From positions 1 to 47,427 of IMG/VR virus record IMGVR_UViG_3300036987_000129: a DNA stretch of 47,427 nt; one strand, 5' to 3'. Under the pieces are notes generated by a model that saw only the letters and a program-made list of their open reading frames with translations, had not been told where the DNA came from and did not search any database. Of the stretch, positions 1-6,480 are shown piece by piece; position 1 is the stretch's first letter; each line of letters starts with the position of its first letter. The translations under genes and the position numbers were made by a program. The stretch is from a virus. Its lineage: Duplodnaviria; Caudoviricetes.

Positions 1-127
1 CCCCCCCATCGGGGACGCTGTCATCTCCGGTTCCGGTATCTCCTGCCCCAGGTCAAGGGCGGCGGCGATCCAGTCTCTTGCTGCCCACCACAAGGATTCG
101 AGAATCATAATCGCATTATCCTGAGCG
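1..127. repeat. Terminal direct repeat, left copy (circular assembly overlap)
   Basis: 1..127 is identical to 47301..47427; a HicB-like ORF reads in frame across the junction. Confidence 0.95.
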
Positions 128-231
128 ATGCATCCCGGAAACTCTTTGACGGTCCCGGTCCAGGTCTCGCTTTCTGAGTCATAGACTAAGATGAAATGGT
201 ATGGACGGTCCAGGTATTCTTCTGGGGTCAT
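1..231 (-). CDS. hicB: HicB-family antitoxin-like protein, 89 aa (continues across the junction to 47300..47262)
   Basis: Hand translation MTPEEYLDRPYHFILVYDSESETWTGTVKEFPGCIAQ...WIAAALDLGQEIPEP matches the HicB N-terminal pattern (..EFPGC.AQ..; IP.P); ATGA overlap with the upstream gene. Confidence 0.75.
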   Translation of the reverse strand, partial: MTPEEYLDRPYHFILVYDSESETWTGTVKEFPGCIAQDNAIMILESLWWAARDWIAAALDLGQEIPEPEMTASPMGG

Positions 232-407
232 GGCTTCCCCCCTAATACCGCTTTACCCACGTTGACTTCATGATAAACTATCCTGGTTTCCCAATACTTA
301 TGACATAACGGACACCACAATGCAGGATTGCCACTATCATTGACTGTGTACATATCATCCCCTTTTGGGCAGTCACACTTGGGGATAAATTCAACTGTTG
401 CTCTCAT
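228..407 (-). CDS. Small Cys-rich (zinc-ribbon-like) protein, 59 aa
   Basis: Hand translation MRATVEFIPKCDCPKGDD...WCPLCHKYW; AAGGAG RBS; ATGA overlaps at both ends. Confidence 0.65.
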   Translation of the reverse strand: MRATVEFIPKCDCPKGDDMYTVNDSGNPALWCPLCHKYWETRIVYHEVNVGKAVLGGKP

Positions 408-571
408 GGTTTCTCCTTTGGGTTCATGGCTTCTTCTTCGTAAACATCTCCCTTCCCCTTTTTCTCTCCCGTAATCCGGTCATTATTTACAGTCTTAATA
501 GGACATCTATGTCCTACTATCAAACTGCCCCCACACGTGGGGCATTGTCCGTAAACAGCAAGTTTATCCAT
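404..571 (-). CDS. Small zinc-finger-like protein, 55 aa
   Basis: MDKLAVYGQCPTCGGSLIVGHRCP...; overlaps neighbours in a tight operon. Confidence 0.6.
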   Translation of the reverse strand: MDKLAVYGQCPTCGGSLIVGHRCPIKTVNNDRITGEKKGKGDVYEEEAMNPKEKP

Positions 572-884
572 TATTCTTCCCCTTTAACGCCTCTTCCAGT
601 TTGGGGAGCAGGGCAGCGGTTTCCGATTTTAAATTGTTGAAATCCCTAATGTCTTCATCGGTTATTTCTTCTTTGTACTCTACTGCTGCCTTGTAAAGCC
701 TTTGCACCACCTCCCGACACTCCGCAAGCAGGGCGGATTGGGCGGTGAGCTGGGTTTGCATTTCTTTGTGTTTTATTGCCCACCTACTCAAGGATATATC
801 TTTGTCCATCATACACTCGCAGAGTGGACAGGCATTTCCTGGTTCATCTGATAAGTCTTTATGGATTCTGCAATATTCCATCAC
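564..884 (-). CDS. Hypothetical protein (Cys/His zinc-binding N-terminus plus coiled coil)
   Basis: CRIH...CPLCEC; GGGAGG RBS. Confidence 0.7.
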   Translation of the reverse strand: MMEYCRIHKDLSDEPGNACPLCECMMDKDISLSRWAIKHKEMQTQLTAQSALLAECREVVQRLYKAAVEYKEEITDEDIRDFNNLKSETAALLPKLEEALKGKNNG

Positions 885-927
885 GCCCTCCCTTTAGCAA
901 ACGCCCCTTTAACCCAAGGGGCCAGGG

Positions 928-1016
928 TTGACTGCGGGTTGGCCTCTCCCCGATTAAGTTCATCACCGGCTTTGCCTCCTATGTAAGCAAGTCCTCTTGA
1001 ACGCCGCCGCAGTCAA
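928..1016 (-). ncRNA. Candidate structured RNA domain 1
   Basis: Perfect 10-bp closing stem TTGACTGCGG (928-937) / CCGCAGTCAA (1007-1016) in non-coding DNA. Confidence 0.4.
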
Positions 1017-1022
1017 ATCGTA

Positions 1023-1158
1023 TGCGCCTTGAACTGCCGGACTCGATACCGGCTCCCACCTCACGCCCTTAACGGCTTCCCTCTATCGGTGTATGTCCGT
1101 CTGTCTCGGGGATGGGTCTTGTTAGTCCCGTGTCCTTCCACGGCGAGTTCGCAGCGCA
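1023..1158 (-). ncRNA. tRNA-like RNA with D-arm and T-arm but no anticodon arm (skipping-rope-like)
   Basis: Minus strand: GAACU closing strand, CCGUG-GAAGGA-CACGG hairpin, ~75 nt insert, GCCGG-UAUCGAGU-CCGGC hairpin, AGUUC closing strand, outer UGCGC/GCGCA. Confidence 0.65.
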
Positions 1159-1168
1159 AAATTGTAAT

Positions 1169-1286
1169 CCTGGGGGCCAGAGTTCGTCTACCTGAGAGCA
1201 CCTCAGCCACTCGACTTATCTGACTCGGTTCCACGTAGGCCTTATCGCTTTCCCACAGTTCCCGGTTCCCGCCGGGCCGCCCCAGG
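1169..1286 (-). ncRNA. Candidate structured RNA domain 3
   Basis: Closing stem CCTGGGG/CCCCAGG with internal hairpins (CCCGG-CGGGAA-CCGGG; CTGAG-GTGCT-CTCAG on the minus strand). Confidence 0.4.
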
Positions 1287-1427
1287 CTGATTTCAGTTGT
1301 TCCGGTCAGTTACAACAAGATCCTTGAATGACAAAGGGTTATTTAAAGTAGGTCTCTCGGATCCAACGGGCAAGGACTCGGGAGATGTGAAGGGATATTA
1401 TTATTAGGATTAGGTAGCATAGTGATT

Positions 1428-1688
1428 TCATACTTCCCGCTCTATCCTTTGTCGAAGATGTGGTATCTTACTGATTAGTCTTTCTACTACGGTGCTTACT
1501 TTTCGGAGGTTTACTGTGATTAGGCCCGAGTGTATAGCCTGACCAGTACCAAGTGCGTCAAGTATGTTTTCGAGTAGGGCCTCTTTTCTAGTATGGATTC
1601 CGTATTGGAGTTCTTGGATAGTGAGCTGATCCCTCTGAATAGATTCAGCAATTTCGGCAAGGTTCTCAAGTTTCTCAAGTTTTGGCAT
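1428..1688 (-). CDS. Hypothetical early protein
   Basis: Likely start MPKLEKLENL with AGGAG RBS, inside track ORF 1428..1754. Confidence 0.65.
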   Translation of the reverse strand: MPKLEKLENLAEIAESIQRDQLTIQELQYGIHTRKEALLENILDALGTGQAIHSGLITVNLRKVSTVVERLISKIPHLRQRIEREV

Positions 1689-1845
1689 GCTCTGTCTCCT
1701 TTTGACAGGTGGGCAATCTATGGTAGAGGTTGTGCTGGATGCGCTGCTCCTCAAGGATGGCGTGATAGAGGGCTATGGCCTGTTTAAGGATTTCTGGAGG
1801 GGTATAGAGCCTCTCTTTAAGTTGGACGTAGCGGGTAGTAATCAT
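1675..1845 (-). CDS. Hypothetical early protein, 56 aa
   Basis: MITTRYVQLKERLYTPPEILKQ...; GAGGAG RBS; overlaps neighbours. Confidence 0.55.
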   Translation of the reverse strand: MITTRYVQLKERLYTPPEILKQAIALYHAILEEQRIQHNLYHRLPTCQKETEHAKT

Positions 1846-2003
1846 AGGGCTTCTCCTCTTTGTTTAGTAGGTGGGTCCTGTGGGTCTGGCTGCCATAACT
1901 TTGGGGTTTTACCATCCCATGTGTCAAGGAGGTTTTGGAGAATTTCTCTAGGCATAGATTCAAGGTGCTTTCTTAATTCTTTTATTATTTCTCTTTTCCG
2001 CAT
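1842..2003 (-). CDS. Hypothetical early protein, 53 aa
   Basis: MRKREIIKELRKHLESMPREILQNLLDTWDG...; ATGA overlap downstream. Confidence 0.55.
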   Translation of the reverse strand: MRKREIIKELRKHLESMPREILQNLLDTWDGKTPKLWQPDPQDPPTKQRGEAL

Positions 2004-2005
2004 GG

Positions 2006-2223
2006 CTATGAGGTGTGGACCTTTACTAAAGCGGTGCTTTGGTTGATACTGAGGATGCGGAAGCCTAGGGGCGTGTCCCGGATGGTGCGGAGCGCTAGGC
2101 AGATGTCGTGGGGCGTGGGGCGTCGGGGTGAGTGGAAGTTGAGGGTGTAGACAGTCCCGCCGTATTCGGGTCGGGCGGATTGGACAAGGAACTTCTCCTG
2201 GTGGGGCGGGTCGGGTCGGGCAT
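2006..2223 (-). pseudogene. First early gene, frameshifted by a CCCGA pentamer repeat just after the ATG
   Basis: AAGGAG RBS, then ATG CCCGA CCCGA CCCG; removing one pentamer gives MPDPPHQEKFLVQSARPEYGGTVYTLNF...KVHTS, ending 2 nt before the next ATG. Confidence 0.6.
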
Positions 2224-2260
2224 TGTCGGCTCCTTTGTGGGGAATTTAATACATGGTTTA

Positions 2261-2289
2261 ATTATATCATTTTTGAGGGAATAAATCAA
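2261..2289 (-). promoter_or_regulatory. Sigma70-type early promoter P1
   Basis: TTGATT-N17-TATAAT with extended -10 TG. Confidence 0.8.
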
Positions 2290-2318
2290 TGCCCCCGTAA
2301 CGTGTTGATTTTATTGAT

Positions 2319-2356
2319 GAATTCGATTTATGACGTGATTTCAATGTGTTATGTGA
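2319..2356. repeat. 38-bp upstream element, copy 1 (IHF-like site)
   Basis: 31/38 identical to 3095..3132; contains TTTCAA-N4-TTA. Confidence 0.8.
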
Positions 2357-2377
2357 TTCGCAGGTCGAAGACCTGCT

Positions 2378-2649
2378 GGTACTAGATGGATTTGCTATGT
2401 GATTGATTTTATTGTGTTTTTTTGATGTGGTACTAGAGGTACTAGATGGGGGTGTCGTTTGGTTTTTTAGTTGTATTTTATTAAAAAATATATAAGTATA
2501 TATATATAAAACAAACTACTCTTTAAAGGAACTAGACTAACCAAGGGAAGTAAGTAATAAAAAAACAAACAAGGTATATAGTACTATAAGTACTAAATGT
2601 AATTTATGTAATGATTTCAATCATTTAACAATTTTGTTATGGTACTAGA
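2378..2649 (+). repeat. GGTACTAGA x4 flanking an AT-rich tract; candidate origin or packaging site
   Basis: Exact copies at 2378, 2429, 2438 and 2641; very AT-rich 2460-2640. Confidence 0.55.
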
Positions 2650-2755
2650 AGATTTATTCACACAAAATTGTAAGAAAGGGGAGTTAATCAAGGAGTAATC
2701 CTCGTGGATCAAAGATCCACAGCTTGCCAAGGCGTTGGGGAGTGATTTATGCCAT

Positions 2756-2786
2756 AAAAAGGTGGGACGTATAATACGTCCCACCT
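2756..2786 (-). terminator. Rho-independent terminator
   Basis: GGTGGGACGTA/TACGTCCCACC stem followed by TTTTT on the minus strand, directly after ORF 2794..2976. Confidence 0.85.
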
Positions 2787-2793
2787 GTGAAGG

Positions 2794-2976
2794 TTACTTC
2801 TTCCTGGCGATCTCAGCGTCAATCTCCGCCTCGGTCACCTTGATGCCAGCGGCGGCAGCCTTTTTGAGGATTAGGCTTTGACGGACCCAATACCTCTTCT
2901 CTTTCGCTTTGCGCTCGGCGTCCTTGCGGACGAGTTCACGGACCTGCTCATCAGTCATGCCGGTTACGAATGCCAT
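2794..2976 (-). CDS. Small basic helical protein, 60 aa (paralog of 45027..45302)
   Basis: GGAGG RBS before MAFVTGMTD; has its own promoter and terminator. Confidence 0.8.
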   Translation of the reverse strand: MAFVTGMTDEQVRELVRKDAERKAKEKRYWVRQSLILKKAAAAGIKVTEAEIDAEIARKK

Positions 2977-3036
2977 GTTGTATACCTCCAAGGTATGATT
3001 TAATTTGGACGGACGATGTCCGCCTTTCATGATTAT

Positions 3037-3065
3037 AATATAACATAAACATGGTGGTTGATCAA
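3037..3065 (-). promoter_or_regulatory. Sigma70-type early promoter P2
   Basis: TTGATC-N17-TATATT with extended -10 TG. Confidence 0.75.
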
Positions 3066-3094
3066 CCGGGGCGTAGGTATGTGGTATCATTACG

Positions 3095-3132
3095 GAATTC
3101 GATTTATGCCATGAAATCAACCGGTTATGTGA
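3095..3132. repeat. 38-bp upstream element, copy 2 (IHF consensus)
   Basis: Contains AATCAA-CCGG-TTA, matching WATCAA-N4-TTR. Confidence 0.8.
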
Positions 3133-3297
3133 CATCCGTTTCCAAAAAGGAGTTCCTCAGAATGCTGGATGAGGTTCTTTGAAATCTGCGCTCTAAAACC
3201 AAAAGGTGGTCTTGCGACCACCGGTTTAAAAAAACCACAGCTCGTAGCTCTACAGCTGACCTACCGGCTTTATTTTACGAAAAACATCAAATAAATC

Positions 3298-3326
3298 TTG
3301 ACAAGGCCATCAAGCCATGATACCAT
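3298..3326 (+). promoter_or_regulatory. Sigma70-type promoter for the packaging/structural operon
   Basis: TTGACA-N17-TACCAT, ending 6 nt before the ATG at 3333. Confidence 0.75.
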
Positions 3327-3332
3327 AAAGAT

Positions 3333-3785
3333 ATGAACGCACTTGAGCCACTCTTCACTCCAACGGACCCTAAGCTCTGCTCACCCGGGGCCATGACCCG
3401 CACCGCTGGCCGACGCTTAGAGAACATCTCTAACCGTTGGCACTTCGTCCTTTCCCTCCACCTAGCAGGGCGGACTCAAGAAGAAATATCCGACCTTACT
3501 GGCTATGCAAAGCCTACTATCTCTGCTATCTTAAATGATGAGAGAGTGGTCCGCCTACGCCAGAATATGCTCCATGACATAGATAAAGAGTTCGAAGCTC
3601 TCTACTCTAGAGTCGTTGAGGAGATCCGCTACTGTCTGCAAGACGCCGATCCTAGAATAAGGCTCGATGCTTGTGAGAAGTGGCTCAAGGCCCATGGTAA
3701 GTTCCAGCCCAATCAGAAGACGCAGGTTAATATCACCGCTGAGGATGTAGTCGTCCAGATCCTTAACCAGTACTCACAACCGTAA
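3333..3785 (+). CDS. terS: Putative terminase small subunit (HTH)
   Basis: HTH GRTQEEISDLTGYAKPTISAIL; directly upstream of TerL. Confidence 0.65.
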   Translation: MNALEPLFTPTDPKLCSPGAMTRTAGRRLENISNRWHFVLSLHLAGRTQEEISDLTGYAKPTISAILNDERVVRLRQNMLHDIDKEFEALYSRVVEEIRYCLQDADPRIRLDACEKWLKAHGKFQPNQKTQVNITAEDVVVQILNQYSQP

Positions 3786-3805
3786 GACCACAGAATGAGA
3801 GATTA

Positions 3806-5371
3806 ATGACTCCTGAGGCCCACGCCATACAGCTCTTATTCTATATACTTAATAAAGAGGGGCAGAAAGTTCCCTTTGCCCTAAATCCCGCCCAACTCTT
3901 CCTCGATAAAGTCCAAGCAGAAAGTAACACCATCTTAATAGCCAAAGCTAGGCAGTTTGGCTTCTCCTCCTTCATACTCGGCAAGAAGGCTGTCAAGTGC
4001 CTCGACCCGGCGCAGGCGACCCGTGCTGTAGTAATGAGCCATGAGGCAGACGCCACGCAGCGCTTACTCGACAAAGTTAAGTACTACTTTAAGCATATGA
4101 ATGGGCCTAAACCAGTCCTAGGTAAGAACTCTCGGAATGAGATGACCTTTGAGAAGACCGACTCTACTTTCTACATCGGCACCGCCGGGGCCCGGGCCTT
4201 TGGCCGGGGGGATACTATCACAGATCTCCATCTCTCAGAGTACGCTTGGTGGGAAGCAACGGATGTCCATCAGGGGGGTGTATTCGAGGCCGTGCCTAGG
4301 TCAGGTCGGATAGTAATAGAGAGTACAGGTAATGGGCGGAACAATGACTTCTATAAGAAATGGCAGAGAAGTGATTACCGTAGGGTCTTCTACCCCTGGT
4401 ACGCAGGCCATGAGTATGAGATACATCTGGATAGAAGATGGATACCTGACTTATCGGGACTTAACGGACATCTTTTGGAGCTTCGAGATAAGTTTAACCT
4501 CTCTGATGCCAAAATGGAGTGGTATGAGTGGAAGCTTAAGTCCAAGGAAGAGAATCTTAAGATTATGCAGCAGGAATACCCCTCGACCCCAGAGGAGTGC
4601 TTTCAGGCCTCTGGCGGAGCCTTATTCCCTAACTTGGAGAAGTTAGAGAGTACTAAGTGGAAGGAAGTTAAGTATAGTGGATATATTATTAAGTCCCTCC
4701 AAGGCCACCCTAAGCAGGGTATGGACTATGTCCTCGGTGCAGATCCATCCGGAGGTACGGGTAATGATGATGCAGCCATAGTAGGTGTCTGCGTACAGAC
4801 GGGTGAGCAAGTCCTAGAGTTATCGAATAACTTAATCCCTCCGTATGAGTTTACCCATCTTTTAATATCTTTAGCTAATAACTATAACCAGGCTTTTATC
4901 ATCCCGGAGGCTAATAACCATGGGGTTACTGTAGTAGAGATCCTTAAGCTCAAGTATCAAAGAGAGAAGATCTATAAAAGAAAGTTAGCTACTAAGTCCA
5001 CTTCTCCCCAATACGGATGGATGAATACTAATACCACGAAGCATGCCCTAGTGGGAGTTATGCAAGAAGAGCTAGGTCAACTGTCTATTTATGGATCAGA
5101 TACTTACTCTGAGCTTACTGCCTTTGAAGAGACCCCTTCAGGTAAGTTAGAAGGTCAGTCTGATAACCTAGTTATTGCTACAGGCCTTGCCCTCCTGGGG
5201 TATAAGAAGTTCCAGCACCTAAGGCGGGAAGAGGTTGACCTTCCTGTAGCTAAGGTTAAGTCGAGGCCTAATTACATGACCTTTACTTTAGAATCTGTTT
5301 TAGATAGTATTAAATCTCGAGCGTATAAAAATTTCTTTGGGGATCAGGCAGGTAGGGGCTATCCTAATTAA
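3806..5371 (+). CDS. terL: Terminase large subunit
   Basis: Walker A KARQFGFSS, Walker B LHLSE, coupling motif IESTGNG, nuclease motif LGADPSGG. Confidence 0.93.
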   Translation: MTPEAHAIQLLFYILNKEGQKVPFALNPAQLFLDKVQAESNTILIAKARQFGFSSFILGKKAVKCLDPAQATRAVVMSHEADATQRLLDKVKYYFKHMNGPKPVLGKNSRNEMTFEKTDSTFYIGTAGARAFGRGDTITDLHLSEYAWWEATDVHQGGVFEAVPRSGRIVIESTGNGRNNDFYKKWQRSDYRRVFYPWYAGHEYEIHLDRRWIPDLSGLNGHLLELRDKFNLSDAKMEWYEWKLKSKEENLKIMQQEYPSTPEECFQASGGALFPNLEKLESTKWKEVKYSGYIIKSLQGHPKQGMDYVLGADPSGGTGNDDAAIVGVCVQTGEQVLELSNNLIPPYEFTHLLISLANNYNQAFIIPEANNHGVTVVEILKLKYQREKIYKRKLATKSTSPQYGWMNTNTTKHALVGVMQEELGQLSIYGSDTYSELTAFEETPSGKLEGQSDNLVIATGLALLGYKKFQHLRREEVDLPVAKVKSRPNYMTFTLESVLDSIKSRAYKNFFGDQAGRGYPN

Positions 5372-5382
5372 CAGGGTGGAAT

Positions 5383-6480
5383 ATGGCTAGTATTCTCTTA
5401 GTAAGTAGAATAGGCGATGGGTGTTCTCTTGCTCTTAGGCTGGCCCAAGAGGGCCATATAGTTAAGTACTGGATAAGTGAAGAGGAATCCAGAGGTCCTT
5501 TACAAGGGTATAAGAATCCTAGTTCAATAAAGGATCCTAAGGTAATGCTTGAACAGTATGACCTCATCTTAGGAGATGTAACAGGCCTGGGAGCTCTCTT
5601 GGATACCTTTAAAGATAAGGGAAAGTATGTTCTTGGTGGGGGTAGTTTTAACGATAAGTTAGAACTTGACCAGGAGTATAGTATTAAAGTGGCTTCGTCC
5701 CTCCTAGGGTTAAGTATTCCAGATGGGCCTGTTGATGGTATAGAAGTCGAGGCCGGGGGGTGGTTTAATGGGGAAGACTTCCTATCCATGTATAACCATA
5801 CGTTTAAGAAAAGACGCTTCATGGAGGGAGATAAAGGGTATAAAACTACCTGTATGGGAAATGTAGTCTTTCTTACTGAGATGGATAAGCTTACACAGGT
5901 AGCCATAGAGCCATTAAAGCCCCTGCTTAGGAAAGTTAACTATATAGGCCCAATAAGCACCAACTGTATAATAAGCTCTGAGGGGGCGTACTTTCTAAAC
6001 TTCATAGCTGGATTTAGTTATAACACTTTAGAGGCCTTACTAGAACTAGTCAAAGGTAGTACTTTTGACTTTCTGTACCGGGTGGCGTCTGCCTCAAAAA
6101 TACCTGTTAACTGGAGGATGCAGGAAGTAGCTATTGCTGTAAGGCTCTCTTTACCCCCTTGGCCCTATAAGAATACAGAAGAGGCTAATTCACTAAGGGG
6201 AGTTAAAGTACTAGATATACCTGAGTCGGCCCAGCACCATATCTGGCTATCTGATGTTATGCTCCAGGGTGTGCCAGTGATGGCTGGAGTAAGTGGCCTA
6301 ATAGGTTGTGCAACGGCCTACGGAGCATCCCTTAGGGAGGCAAAGAGGCGAGTCTACCGGACGGTGGATAATGTAGTTATACATAGAGATATCCAATATC
6401 GGAGGGACATAGGAGAAGATATTGAGAGACAGGTAAAGCTCTTGACAGAGTGGGGATGGTTTAATGCCAGCATTAGCTAA
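5383..6480 (+). CDS. PurD (phosphoribosylamine-glycine ligase)-like ATP-grasp protein
   Basis: GGSFNDKLELD, GIEVEAGGWFNG, GDKGYKTTCMG, C-terminal QYRRDIG resemble GARS A/C domains; looks shortened and degenerate. Confidence 0.7.
   Translation: MASILLVSRIGDGCSLALRLAQEGHIVKYWISEEESRGPLQGYKNPSSIKDPKVMLEQYDLILGDVTGLGALLDTFKDKGKYVLGGGSFNDKLELDQEYSIKVASSLLGLSIPDGPVDGIEVEAGGWFNGEDFLSMYNHTFKKRRFMEGDKGYKTTCMGNVVFLTEMDKLTQVAIEPLKPLLRKVNYIGPISTNCIISSEGAYFLNFIAGFSYNTLEALLELVKGSTFDFLYRVASASKIPVNWRMQEVAIAVRLSLPPWPYKNTEEANSLRGVKVLDIPESAQHHIWLSDVMLQGVPVMAGVSGLIGCATAYGASLREAKRRVYRTVDNVVIHRDIQYRRDIGEDIERQVKLLTEWGWFNASIS

Noticed and set aside
404-571. Apparent frameshift in the small zinc-finger ORF
   Set aside because: Recounting the G run shows the ORF is intact
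928-1016. c-di-GMP or preQ1 riboswitch, or hammerhead ribozyme
   Set aside because: Only fragments (GGCAAAGCC, UGAUGA) match; the remaining conserved cores were not found
1023-1158. Canonical tRNA or tmRNA
   Set aside because: No anticodon arm or CCA, 8-nt T-loop, and too short for tmRNA
2095-2289. Track ORF of 64 aa
   Set aside because: Its start lies in the promoter -35 box and the product is low-complexity; better explained as the off-frame reading of the frameshifted gene
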